A stretch of 64,000 nucleotides of DNA from Polymyxa betae A26-41 (GCA_003693705.1 RBZT01000499.1:339526-403525), one strand, 5' to 3'; shown: positions 23,881 to 35,882, numbered from the stretch's first letter. Numbers and translations: made by a program. Notes: a model not told the origin generated them from the letters alone.

Positions 23881-24973
23881 ATGAGTGACGATGACTTTCT
23901 TGAGCTTTTCAGCAACTTCCTTACTAGTATTCGCATCCATGATGTCGGCGACTCCAAGCGGCATGCAATACTGCATGAAGCCGAGGGAGCTCTGTGCTCG
24001 ATAATGTCCAACAACGGCATCGTTGCATCGCTGGAGAAACAGCCAAGCCGAGCTTCGGGTTCGGATGGGAGTATCAGCGATAGCGATCGACGTGTTTTGG
24101 AGAAAATCGGAAGGGCAATTCTAACAGAACATCCCGATCACCTGAAAATGAGAGAGATATTGGAATTATTAGACGGAGATAAAGATGGGTTCGTTATGAT
24201 TGGCGCCGACAATCTGTTTTTCTAATGTGTGTCAAGGAGGATTAGTGCAACCGATTTGCAGAATGGGCTCAAAATTCACATGAACACCGAGGTAGTTATC
24301 GAAACCTGTTCTGGATGCGATTAGACTTTGAACAACCTTAGTTGTCAATGAATCAAATTGAAAGCATGATCGAGCTGTTTGATAAAAATCGCACAGGAAA
24401 ATTGCACTACTTTCAACTGGTTCAATTATTACAGGTCAGTTCTGTCTTGTCTTTATTCTCAGCATTTATTCATGCAATTAGATCGCCATGCAAAATGCCA
24501 TTGAAGATGAAGATAAGATTATCCATACTCCAAGACCGTCGTTTCTTGCTAACGAACGCGAACTCCTGGATCAAATTGGTGCCTATGTTGATTCTAGTCC
24601 ACATGCAGGTTTAATCAAGGATCTGTTCTTTCATCTATCGAAAACCTATGCACATTTAGTGACTTCTCATGAATTACTCGAGTTCTGTCGTCGTTCTGGT
24701 ATAAGATCCGCAACGTATGGATTGGTTGGATTCGTGACTTTAATTTAATCGTAGTTTAGTCAGGAATTGGTCGACCGTATAGTAGAGCATTTCAATCCCA
24801 GAAGCAATGGTTCCAGCATCCATGCACTATCATATGCTCAATTTGCAAGATTATGTTCGGAGAGCGCTAACAGGAATTTCAAAACGGCCCCCGAGATCGA
24901 CAACCCAGCTATTTGCCCTTCAGCTGAAGAGAATCTTTCCAATCGCATCATCCGTGATGAAGCGATCTTATAG
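23881..24973 (+). CDS. EF-hand domain protein, multi-exon
   Basis: LDGDKDG|RISATDL and LFDKNRTGKLHYFQL EF loops, further degenerate EF-like pair at the C-terminus. Confidence 0.78.
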
Positions 24974-25158
24974 TCCATCAATGTAAAAAAATCCGATTTT
25001 CAAACGAGATTAAACAGTCTACGAATCAAATAGGCGAGAAACTTCAGTCAAGGAAGCGCAATATTGATGGATCGGCAAAATGGTCTCTCCTATTTGGGAT
25101 TGTTCAAGTCTTAATAGGTGTTAAACCAGAGTCAAGTCGTCGTCAAGACTCCAGTGAC

Positions 25159-26265
25159 ATGACAGATCACGATCCATTTCATATCAATTATTGTCCAAGG
25201 CGAGGTCGTTATCTCGTGGCTGCCGAACGCCTCTCAGTCGGTCATGCGATCTGCTCGGGGACACCGATTGCCAGGGCATTGTCAATCAGCAATGTCAGAA
25301 CAAGATGTCATAACTGCTGGTCGCCGCTTCAGAGCACATTACGCTGCTCGTCGTGCCATTTTGCCCATTACTGCTCTGTCAGCTGTCAAAAGGCGTCATG
25401 GGCTCAGCATAAAAACGAATGTCTTGTGATCAAGCACGTCTGTATTCCTCGCCAGGTTCAGCCGACGCCATCATTGTTAGTTCTGTTCAATACTATATTG
25501 CAACAACCTTCCGATCCTCTTTCAAATATGGTGTCCAACTGGGAGTTGATTCCAGAGAAAAGAAAAGCAGAATTTATGCAAATGGCTGTTTTGTTGAATG
25601 AGATGCTAAACGCTGTTCAAGATTTCCATCATGCTCACTCGTTGAAATCTTTAGCACAGCTTTTTGCCAGACATCACGTCAATTCTTTCACCATTACTGA
25701 TGGCGAAATGCAGCCGATCGGTATCGGAATCTATCCCTATCCGATGCATCTGCTCAATCATTCCTGCCGACCAAATGCTGTTGTTGTTTTCGAGCAGTCC
25801 AACTCCAGAGCGATTGTCAAAGCCTCGCGCGTCATCAATCCCAATGAAGAGATTACAATAGCCTATTGTGATGTGATTAGGGAAATGGCTCAACGGCATC
25901 CAGAGCTTCTTGAACAATATGGCTTTGAATGCTCATGTAAAGGACCCGAGGATACTGACCTGCTACGTTCATCTGTAAAATTGCAGGGCAGGTTTTTAGA
26001 GATGCTTGATGCTGAAGATCACGATGCGGCTGAGCAAATCTTATCGTCAATTCAAGCTGAAAAGATCTATCAATATGCTCGCATCCAGTTGGGTCTTCAT
26101 TTTCTAAAGTTGGGGAAATTACGATTGTTCCTGAGGCGTCCGGGAGCAAAACCATGTTTAGATCGCGCTCTCTCCATTCTTCGCAAGCTCCTGGTATCTG
26201 ATGATCCAGTTCTGGCTGAGGCTGAGCAGCTATACCAAGAAGCGTCGTATCAACCAGATCGATGA
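25159..26265 (+). CDS. SET and MYND domain lysine methyltransferase (SMYD family), intronless
   Basis: RGRYLVA, MYND finger CHNC...CSSCHFAHYCSVSCQKASWAQHKNEC, GIGIYP, LLNHSCRPN, EEITIAY, YGFECSC. Confidence 0.93.
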   Translation: MTDHDPFHINYCPRRGRYLVAAERLSVGHAICSGTPIARALSISNVRTRCHNCWSPLQSTLRCSSCHFAHYCSVSCQKASWAQHKNECLVIKHVCIPRQVQPTPSLLVLFNTILQQPSDPLSNMVSNWELIPEKRKAEFMQMAVLLNEMLNAVQDFHHAHSLKSLAQLFARHHVNSFTITDGEMQPIGIGIYPYPMHLLNHSCRPNAVVVFEQSNSRAIVKASRVINPNEEITIAYCDVIREMAQRHPELLEQYGFECSCKGPEDTDLLRSSVKLQGRFLEMLDAEDHDAAEQILSSIQAEKIYQYARIQLGLHFLKLGKLRLFLRRPGAKPCLDRALSILRKLLVSDDPVLAEAEQLYQEASYQPDR

Positions 26266-26428
26266 ACCGCTTCATGTACCAACTTTGATAAACGTCAGAT
26301 TGCTCGGTTGGCCGTTTAGCGACCATGGCTTAGATTTCTACACCGCAAACCTCTACATCTCTGTGGTCATTATGAAGGGCTAACAACATGCTCATACAGA
26401 TGTGAGTTTGGCAGCGCAGAATTTCAGA

Positions 26429-29400
26429 ATGTCCAAATGGCGAGACGAGGTCATTTCAGCTCTGCATGGTCGAAGGCCGACCTGCTGTCAATGCGATGAT
26501 AGGACGTCGTCGTCCTGCCTGGATCGCATCGCGCAGCGTTTACCCTCGTCCAGACCTATCTCAATTCGTGAGCTAATCATTGGGGCTGTCTCTGTGCAAG
26601 TAACATCCATACTCGCTGGATTCTGCTTTTGTCATTGATTGTCAACTAGAGTGGAACACTCAGCCGATTTTTAATCTGCAAAATCGGATTCGAACCTCGT
26701 TATGGTTGTCCAACGATATTTGATGATTCAGGCGTTGTCTTAGCTGCATTAACTTCCACCGATCTCTCTTTATATGACCAATGGCTGGTTATTTCAATCT
26801 GGAATTTCTTCGTTATCGGTAACAAATTTTATCTAGAGGTAGAATTGCAGAATTCCGTTGTGATCGCGGTAACACTGCTTAGATCGATTGCCAGTCAGCT
26901 TGGCCTTTATTTTGCGAATCGAAATCTCGTCCTGCCTCATTACGTCCGGATGCTGTATCTTTATCAGAATGTGAATCTTTGCTGTCTGGTAATTCTCATG
27001 TCTCGGTTCGATTCAAAGTGTCTGCTATCAGTGCCGCTTTCCCAGGCGACCAACTGTTCATCGTTGATGTCACCTGTGTGAAAAACCCAGCCTCTGCATG
27101 TTTCATTGTTTTTGCCAAAGAGCATATTCACTTCCATCCGTTTATTCGGGTAGGATGCAGCTACATCGCATCATTTCTCCGGTTGAAAATCATCCAAGAC
27201 GCTAAACAAGTCACTCGACCTGTACTGCTGCTTACCTCCCTCTCAGCCATTCATCTCATCTCTGAGCTCAGATTCGATTTGAAGCTCTGTAATTCCCAAT
27301 CGCAGCTAGTGCCGCATTCTGTCGTTAATTACGAAGGCGTTATAACTGGGCAGCTTATGGATGGCGTCTTCCAATTGGATCACAATATCAATGTCTATTT
27401 CACACACGCTCGTCTTCATTGGCTTCGAGCTGGAATCGGTTTGCGGAAAGGCGTTCATCTAAGGCTGTTTAATGTCCATGTGGTGTATACTGGCCCCGAT
27501 ATGATTGACCTAGCTCTATGTACATATAGCAGTGTGGAATTTGTTAAGCTATCTGCCAGCATGGACAGTTGCCTTCCATGGGAAAATCCGGCCATTGCCT
27601 ATTGGTGTAATCGGCTCAATCTGCCACATACTATACTGCTTTGCCGAACGCTGATGACTTTGAAGAAGAAATTTCGCCGTCGGATTTCCAGCTCCCAACT
27701 TCTTCAAGGCTCTGAATCCTGTCAATGTCTCGACCTGCTGTTTGATGAAACTTGTGCTCTCAGCTTTAAGCGCTCCATCTACTGCGAATTTCTCGATCAT
27801 GAACACTGCTCGCTGGTTCCTCACCCGAGCTTAATTTTATATCGTCCTCTGCGTTCAGTGCGAAAAATTGCAGAATTGGTCGACTATTACCAAGCTGATA
27901 TGGTCTCTGTTGGACCAGATCGAGTTTTTATGAGCTCTGGCCAGGAGATATTAGCAGCAATGTTTTCAGCGGATAGTACATTCGGAACACTGATGGTTTC
28001 TGACGATAAACAATTTTCTGTGAGATGCTTCATGGATGGCCTTCAACTACACGATCTTAGAAGGCCGTTTGTGTCGAAGGATTTCGCCATTGTCAACGAT
28101 TCTGCAGAACTTACTTATATCGAGCTGTCACTTGAAAGTTGTCAATTTGTTGGGCAGAATAGTCCTTCACCCGCCCGCGCTGATCGTCTCAATGTACGCG
28201 GCCGTGTTCTACAAGTCATTCCTGCAGCTGTTAAGGCCAGCGTCGTAGCGTCATCACAATCGTTTAGTGCTCTTGTTGAACTGACAAATCGGGCATCAGC
28301 TCTCTTTGTATTCAAAGGCGATGCTTCTGCCTTAGAATCAACAATCTCTATTAACTGTTTTTATAACTTTCGCAATATCGTCCCGTCGTCGGCGGATTCG
28401 TGCCCAACGTTCATTCTGGATAATTTTAGTGAGATCGATCTGCTTAGCTATGAAGACTCCGAATTCGATTCAATCGATAATATCGTGTCGCTTGATCTCA
28501 GCACGGACCCGGTACATTCCATCATCTCAATAAGCGGCATTGTAATGGCGAAAAACGTTGTTTCCGTCCCTGGTTCAGAGCGACACCAAATCAAACTACA
28601 TCTGACTCTTCGAAGTGAATATTCACCTCACACTGTGGATGCTTTCTTGCCTCTCGACCGAAGACGAATGCCTCTGGGAATCTTGGTTGGACGTAAGATC
28701 CACCTTCATCGTATAGCGCGATGCGTTGTTTCGTCTGGCAGCCTATGCTTATTCGGTTCTGCTGAAACCGTCGTCAGAGTTCCTGCTCAGCCTCTGATTA
28801 TGCCTCTACCAACGTGCTCCTCCTCCGTTCCGCTTTCTACTCTTTCTTCGCTTAAAGGATCCTGCACAGCGCGGATTTCTGGGATGGTCCGACGCGTTCA
28901 TGTTCGCTTGATTTCTGTTGTTTCGATGACGTTGCATTGGTCATGTCCATGCTGTAACAGCTGTGTGCTGTCGCCATTTGACCGTTGCCTATCCACTGGA
29001 GGTCGAGTTACAGCTCGGTTAACCTGCAAATTGACAGCTATGGTGGACGATGGGACAGCTGAGGCTTCTCTCAGCTGTTCGAAGAATCAGCACTCCATGC
29101 CATTGCTACCTGCAAACATGATAGAGTATCTACCGCGCCTAAGGCATCTCGCTGATAAGACTGGTGTGTTTTATTACGAGAGGGGGAAGACGCTACCCCC
29201 TGAATGCCTCACCATCGAACAAATTTTGAATGAAAGCTTACAACGGACGGCGACATTTCGAGTTTTGGCCAAAGCAAGAATGCCCGGGAGATTCATTGAG
29301 AATGACAAATTTGAAATCTCTGCCAAGCCGAAGGAGACGAGCGTAGCTTTTGGCAAAACTTCATTAGTTACGAGTTCTTTGCCCAGGCTTATTCTGTCTC

Positions 29401-29483
29401 CTGTGCTAATTGAGCGAGTGTCAGCTAAAGAAGAACTCAATCAACTTTTATCCAAGCTGTCGCAGGAAACTCTGAATCCTTGA
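26429..29483 (+). CDS. CTC1: CST complex subunit CTC1-like multi-OB-fold protein; short 5' exons plus a long terminal exon
   Basis: VVNYEGVITGQLMDGVFQLD...GLRKGVHLRLFNVHVV, PLGILVGRKIHLHRI, Zn ribbon CPCC...C and MVDDGTAEA match recalled CTC1 OB-fold motifs in order. Confidence 0.8.
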
Positions 29484-29521
29484 TTACTCATTGTATATAA
29501 TTAAGTTCTTCGTGATTTTTT

Positions 29522-30622
29522 TTACAATAATCTGCTACCGTACTGTCGTAATGCGAACTTGGCCATTCCTTGAGAAGGCGTCATTGTCACTTTGGCCAGC
29601 TTATATGGGACATTGAACTGCATCAGATACTGCTCAAACTTTTGACAGAACGACTTTTGCTTCCACAACGATCCAACCAGCACTAACGGATGAGGTTGCT
29701 TGATGTCGGTCCATCCCATTTTCCTGGCAACATTCCGCACTGTGAGCGCCAACTGTTTTACTTCTTCATCGATAATGATCGTTGCAACAGGATCAGCCTG
29801 ATCGTAAGCTGAGAAAACGATCGGGGCCAGGCCTGCAACATCGCTCCATTCACGTCCGCCATTTTTATACCTCCAAGGGATCACATTGGACTTGAATGAG
29901 TTAGGTAGCCATCCAAGATGGTTTTCGATCAGGGGTTGCAACAAGGTCGGCGGCCCACGACCATCAACCGCTTCGCAACAAGCTACCAGAGCGCGATTCC
30001 CGAGAGCGTGACCAGATCCAAAGCTTCCAAGTAAGGGTCCCCAGCCTCCAGCCGACTCTTGGCGGTCATTATCAACGGCCATGCTACGACTTCCATCAGC
30101 GAAAGGAACGAAATGTTTGAGGTTGATACCAGTTTGAGCCAGTTCCTGCAATCAGAGCGAAACCTGACTACAAATTCCTTTAAAAGTCTGTATCGAGAAC
30201 ATCAGGCATGTTGTCTTACCATGACGCCATCGGTACCAGACATGATAGCTGCGATCACGTCATTGTAAACCTGATTGTCAAATCAGCATACGCCGGCTAA
30301 TCCGAGCCATTCGGACCTCAATCATAGCATCAGGGAATCTTTCTTGAATCCAGGCTTTGATCCGTTCCGAATCGTTTTTGCTGGATACGCCACTGATTCC
30401 AGCAGCGATATATACAACCTCAGTATTGCTGTCGACATGACCCAAGGCCTCCTCAATGACATTGAGGATCGCATTACGAGCGTTCTCCTCGCCGACGGAA
30501 TGCGAGTTGCTGGCATCGCCTTGTGTCTCGTAAAGGATTTGACCGGTTTCGGCATCCACCAAGGTTATCTTAGTGGAACTGCCACCACCATCGATTCCAA
30601 TGCAGATCCTGCGTGGTGACAT
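29522..30622 (-). CDS. BadF/BadG/BcrA/BcrD-type ATPase, N-acetylglucosamine kinase-like
   Basis: IGIDGGGSST, SNSHSVG, VYNDVIAA, AGGWGPLLG..GSG, DGRGPPTLL, LVLVGSL. Confidence 0.87.
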
Positions 30623-31089
30623 TTACAGAAGTTTGAAACAAGGCCTGGGAGGCTGCGCTGCTGTTAAACACTCGATCATTTCGGTAACGTAACTCGCCAG
30701 ATTATGAGTGATCAAAAAGAGTGAACATGGGCCAGCGTCAAGAATGCTTTTTAAAAATGCAAATCAACAAAGCTAAACATATTCTGTATCTTTATCGTTG
30801 AAGGTCATGGCCCGTTGAACCGAGACCATCACAGCGTGCTATACGGTAACGTTACTATCTGTCGTTGTCACTCTGATAATTCTTAAATTGTTCCTGATCA
30901 CTGTTGACAAGTTCTGTTTACATAAAAACCATTCATTGAAACCCGAATGCATCGATAGGATGCTGATGTTAATGTGAGCGCCCAGGCTCCCACCATTGTT
31001 CTCTTGAAGTGAATGTTGCTTGAACCGCAAACAGAGAAACTGGATAGAAAGAAATGACCCGAATGGATATTCGATTTGATTATGAGATG

Positions 31090-31301
31090 AACCTGTCAGA
31101 CTAGCGCCATCGCAACCATAAGCTGGAATGATAGCAAATGGTACGGTCATCGTGGATGCTGGCCAAAAGAATGGCCAGATCCAGCCTCACGCTAAGCGAA
31201 GGCGCTTTTAAGTCATCGTCCAGGTTGGTAGATCTGTCATATTTGGGTATGACTAGACAGGAGAAATCACTATAGAAGTGATCCTGTACAAGTATGATCT
31301 T
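31090..31301 (-). ncRNA. U3: U3 snoRNA, copy 2
   Basis: Reverse complement of 6001-6212 with about 6 substitutions; all boxes intact (box B AGCGTGAG). Confidence 0.92.
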
Positions 31302-31310
31302 GAAGATAAA

Positions 31311-31370
31311 CGGCGTCAGTTCAGGGGCTGAAGTAATCGATATACCCAGGTAGGTCCATTATGGGACCTT
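31311..31370 (-). promoter_or_regulatory. Putative snRNA-type promoter of U3 copy 2
   Basis: Same two conserved blocks at the same spacing as upstream of copy 1. Confidence 0.7.
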
Positions 31371-31591
31371 CGACTACGAAACTGCGCAAAAAGATGGCTC
31401 TCTCAAAACCGAGATATTCGTAAAAGATTCAGTATAAAGCACATGCCTAACGGTAAATTGCAGTGCCAAATGTATGTTTCATTTAGTAACTGAATCTGTT
31501 TTGAACCAGTACATAATGTACGTAGATTAGCTTAGGTGGTTAAGTAAGCAGATAATCGATATACTAGCTAGGAATTGCAGAAGGCAAATCA

Positions 31592-32322
31592 TCAGCTGCT
31601 GGGATAATAATGCTTGTAGTAGAACATGCTATCCATTTCATCTTTGTCTTTAAACAGTGCTGCGACCTGAAATTGTTCCGCTTCAGAAATCAGGATTGGG
31701 CCGTCGTAATCGTCGCAGATATCCAGAGAGAAATATCTGTTATCGATGCCAACAGAGGATTCCACATGCTGCCTCCATAATCTCAGGAGGGAGAAAACTA
31801 ATTCACTATAATCAGCGAATGATTGTTTTACAACGAACGTATTGACTATACACGTCAAAAGGCAGCTTATAGAAGATAATATCATCAAGCTATTGACGAG
31901 AAGAGTTTCAACTCGAGCCAGACTTCTCACTTGCAACCTTATCTCTGTTCGGTCGGAAAGAAAATTGACGACGAAAGAGAAATTGAAAATACTTTGGACG
32001 ATGCTGAGAACTAAGCACTTTAACGATGATATCAATGTATGTATCGTACATCATGCATATCAGCCTACCAGCATCAAAGGCGAAATATTAGCATTCTCTG
32101 ATTTAATCAGAAATATAGCCGAAAGAATTAACAAACTCCACAGCACCAGATTCTCGAACCGACCAATCACACACCACAGAATCGCACATACCTGCTCATG
32201 AAATCAACAATTGGCGAGTCCACAGCACTGCCTCGACAAGCCTACGAACAAAATGAATTGGAAGAAGGCAGAAAATCCGCCTCGCCCAGGTTTCCGACTT
32301 GGACGACTCTGCAAAGCTCATG
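31592..32322 (-). CDS. Hypothetical membrane protein, multi-exon, boundaries uncertain
   Basis: Minus-strand hydrophobic stretches (VCAILWCVIG, LVLWSLLILSAIFLI) and terminal ORF ending 31592. Confidence 0.4.
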
Positions 32323-32393
32323 ACATTAACCAGATCGTGAGCATTAACAGCCTTCTTGTCTGTTTAATAGACAGCAGTATCCTGTGCACCCTC

Positions 32394-32413
32394 TGACGTC
32401 ACACCTATATAAA
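32394..32413 (+). promoter_or_regulatory. CRE-like palindrome TGACGTCA followed by TATATAAA
   Basis: TGACGTCA 32394-32401, TATATAAA 32406-32413. Confidence 0.55.
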
Positions 32414-32458
32414 GGCGGCGCAACCCTCCATGTCATCGTCCTATCGACTAACAAGCTA

Positions 32459-32570
32459 GTCTCTTATAGCAATTGCTTCGACAGAATCTAGACAATTGGA
32501 TTTTTAGTCCGATTGGATCTCTGACGGGATTCGGATGCGCAACGCGCGGGTTCGAATCCCGCCAGAGACG
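32459..32570 (+). pseudogene. tRNA-Arg(TCG)-derived rearranged or pseudo-tRNA
   Basis: 3' half has canonical spacing: loop ATTCGGA (TCG), TGCGC, AACGC, T arm GCGGG-TTCGAAT-CCCGC, acceptor strand CAGAGAC plus G; the 5' half does not fold normally. Confidence 0.55.
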
Positions 32571-32878
32571 CATATTATTTGTGGAAGCAATGAAGACCAC
32601 ATAACCTAGCTCATTCTGATCAATGTCACTTGATCTTTGGATCTTGATATATGATGTTCGCTCAACAGTCGGAGCTTTTCACATTAGTTTTGCTTCCACA
32701 TTGCGTGCCATCCAGCCTACCGTAGTAGCTTTTTAGACTTCACACTTTTCTATAAATACATACTGTAGAGTGTAGAGTAAGAAAATATAATAGATGGAGA
32801 CCGCCTCCTTCAGCTGAAGGGGCCATCTTAAGTGTGTAACGAAACAATGCGGTGTACTTCATTTCAATTCAGTTTTTA

Positions 32879-34632
32879 ATGGCATTTGTCTTTACAGCGG
32901 TTATAGTCTTCACATCTGTTGTATCATGGGCAGCCCCAATCCAGCGAATTACCATTGGTACGTCCACGAACACTTTAGTAGATCAAGACGGAAGAACTCG
33001 GTTCTTTCATGGTATCAATGCGGTGTATAAAGGCCCACCTTACATTCCCATTATCGATTCGTATGATTTCCGATCGTTTGAGGCTGCAATCATTTACAAG
33101 TTTCAGGTTTGATTCGCAGCGAAGCTTATCATATCGTGATTTTGAACTAATGCGTTCTTGGGGATTGAACCTGATTCGACTGGTGATTTCCTAAATAGAA
33201 ACCTGGTTCGATAGTTGCTCACGAGAATATAGGGAGTGATGTGGCCAGGTGTTGAGCCAGATCGTGGACTCTATAACAATACCTACTTAGATCACGTTTC
33301 TGATATCATCAGCACGGCTGCCAGCTATGATATCTTCACAATTGTCGACTTCCATCAGGTCGTAACCATCAGGGTGAAGTTAACGATCTGATTCGTCTGC
33401 AGGACGTTTTGAGCCAGTGGCGAAGGCGCGCGCCTTCTTGGGCTGTTGATACGCTGTCGAATTTCCCACGTCCGCTGCAGTGGAAACCATTCAACCTGGA
33501 TGTCAATGGATTTCCTAATCCTGATGATTGCAGAAAACATGATTGGGGGAACTACTACTTCACATTCGCTGCTTCAGGTTTGCTGCTGATGAAATCTATG
33601 TAGGCAATCCTTGGTGAAACCTTCTAGAGGCCTTCCAGAGCCTATACGATAACGTTGATGGCAGAGCAGATGCTTTAGCAAGATATTGGGCCCAGCTCGC
33701 TGAAACCTTTAAGGGTATGGATTCCATTATTGGAATGCATCTATTCAACGAGCCGTTCGCTGGTGATATCTTTCGTCATCCATTCTTATTGATTCCTGGT
33801 CTTGCAACTCGATATAATTTACAGCCGTTATACGATCGGCTGGCTAAAGCCATTTACGAAGTCGACCCGAATCGCAATGTGATTTTTCAGCCAGTAACCT
33901 GGGCTAAATCAGGCGTTGGATCCAGCTGGTTTAGTCACGTCCCTGGTGGTAATCAACATAGAAATACTTCAATATTAGCATTTCATTATTGTATGTTTGA
34001 TCGCCGTTTCTACGATCGTCGCTGACGTTGAACAGATAATCCACCTAATATAGGTGATATCCATCGGTACATTAAAGATAAAGTAGATTTGGCTGCAAGC
34101 ATGGGAGTGCCTACTATTTTAACTGAGACCTGGTTAGACAAAAATCTGCCTGCAGTTGCTGATCTATTAGATTCCCATTTAGTTTCATGTACTGTGATTG
34201 CAGGCGCGATGATATCAGTAGATGACATTGCATTTAGATGCTTGTTCGGAGTATAAAACATTCGGAGGTTATGATGTTGATGGAGTTTGCACAGGCTGCA
34301 TACCAGGTCCGTTTACAACGAATGGAACCGTGGACGAGGATATCGTCAATATTGTCGCGCGAACATATGCACTAGCTGTATCAGGAAGGGCGCTTGTCAA
34401 TCAGTTCTTCTCTTCGAATTCATCTTTTGTTCTGGAATTTGAACCCAATACTGCAATATCTGCCCCAACAATTGTATACGTGCCATTCTCGAGACATTAC
34501 AAGAATGGTCATAACATTGTTCTGACCCCAGCAGAAGCAAAGTATGAAATATTCTCCGATCATATTGAAGTTAGCATTAAGAATGATACCACGATATCGT
34601 CAACTGTTAGATTGGAGATTCATTCACTTTAG
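32879..34632 (+). CDS. Secreted GH5 endoglycoceramidase-like glycoside hydrolase, multi-exon
   Basis: Signal peptide, DQDGRTRFFHGINAVYKGPPY, GLNLIRLGVMWPGVEP, VDFHQD, acid/base FNEP, AFHY, nucleophile ILTE, ARTYALAVSG, C-terminal beta-sandwich. Confidence 0.9.
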
Positions 34633-35152
34633 ATTAAATTATCAATCGTCATTCCATTGCGATGGCATGTATTTGTTCCTGTTTGCTTTGACCTTTCCAA
34701 ATCTTTAAAATTCTGGAACTTGGAACCATGACGTCTGCGATATTGGCAGATTCAGGCTCCAACCCCATAAAATTGATGCTGAAATTGTAAACAATCCATT
34801 AGTCCAAGTGGTACCTTGCCAAGATATTCTGCCACAGTAATTCTAGCACATATTTCTTGCTAGGCGAACAGCACTCTCTTGCCCGATATTCAAGATTGCT
34901 CAATCTCAACATGATGGTAAAGAATCATGCCGCGAGTCTTGGTCTTGGCAGCGTCCAAATGTAAAAACGAATTTTTTCATGAGAATATTTTCGTCATTCT
35001 TCAGCTGATCTCGTTAACCATTGTGATGGCCATTATATTGACTAGCCATGATTGCGAATTTTATTGTGATATCATTTTCAAGTGAAGATATTATTGCTAC
35101 TTATTCCAGGGCGATCGCAAGTACTTACTCTTTATTAAAAGTTCCGACGACA

Positions 35153-35882
35153 ATGACGACGTGTAATTATTGCTCTAAGACGTTGATGGGCAATTGGTTG
35201 GAAGACCGATTAGCACCAAGCAAAGTGCTCTCTGAGATTCATACCCGACCATTGGATAAAGAGTTCAAAGTAAATCGCATCAAAAGATTTCTCATCCCAA
35301 CTACAAAGGGAACCATTGCTGATTTCGGCAAGGTGCAAATATGCGGACCTGCATTATTGAGGCTGATTAAAAGCATTTAGAACGATTGGAATACCACGAA
35401 CAAGTCGTCGTTGGTCTGGCACAAACCGATCTCGGCACCCAAACATGAGGAAGTCAAGATGATTCGCTTGAAGACGTTCAGTCCAGAGCAATCTACAAGA
35501 CAATGTTCAGGGCCAACTTATGGATTTGGAGCTGTACTTCCGCGTCATGCGCCAAGCCAGTTCGAAAGGTATCACGAATCAAGCCAGAGTCTCGACGGCT
35601 TCTCATGTTAGCTTTACAGAGCGCTCGAATCTATCTCTCATGCCGCACATCGTGGCGCTCATAACGATGAGCAGAGATTCGAGCCAGAGCCAATCGATCC
35701 TGATTTGGCCGCAGGGATTTCCAACGAATTAATCGAAGCCAGAGAAAGGAAAGCTTATGAAAAGGTTTAGTTACTAGTCGATATCTACAAATGAATCAAC
35801 TTTACAGATACACTTGAATGAAGCGGCGGCAGCGACCTCACTTCCAGGAATCGGAGCCCATCGAAGCTGTCGGCAACGCTGA
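35153..35882 (+). CDS. Ciliary microtubule inner protein, CFAP95/C9orf135-like, four exons
   Basis: N-terminal Y..TLMGNWLEDR (NWE-type motif) and YGFGAVLPRH; exons splice in frame. Confidence 0.6.

Noticed and set aside
32435-32570. Functional standard tRNA, tRNA-Sec, spliced-leader RNA or spliceosomal snRNA
   Set aside because: 5' acceptor, D and anticodon stems do not pair; no UCA or 9/4 fold; no AG|GT donor; no U2/U6/U11/U12 signature; the Sm-like GATTTTTAG is non-canonical and sits in a hairpin
34640-35100. Possible small minus-strand gene
   Set aside because: Intron-like signals are present but no coherent open frame could be assembled
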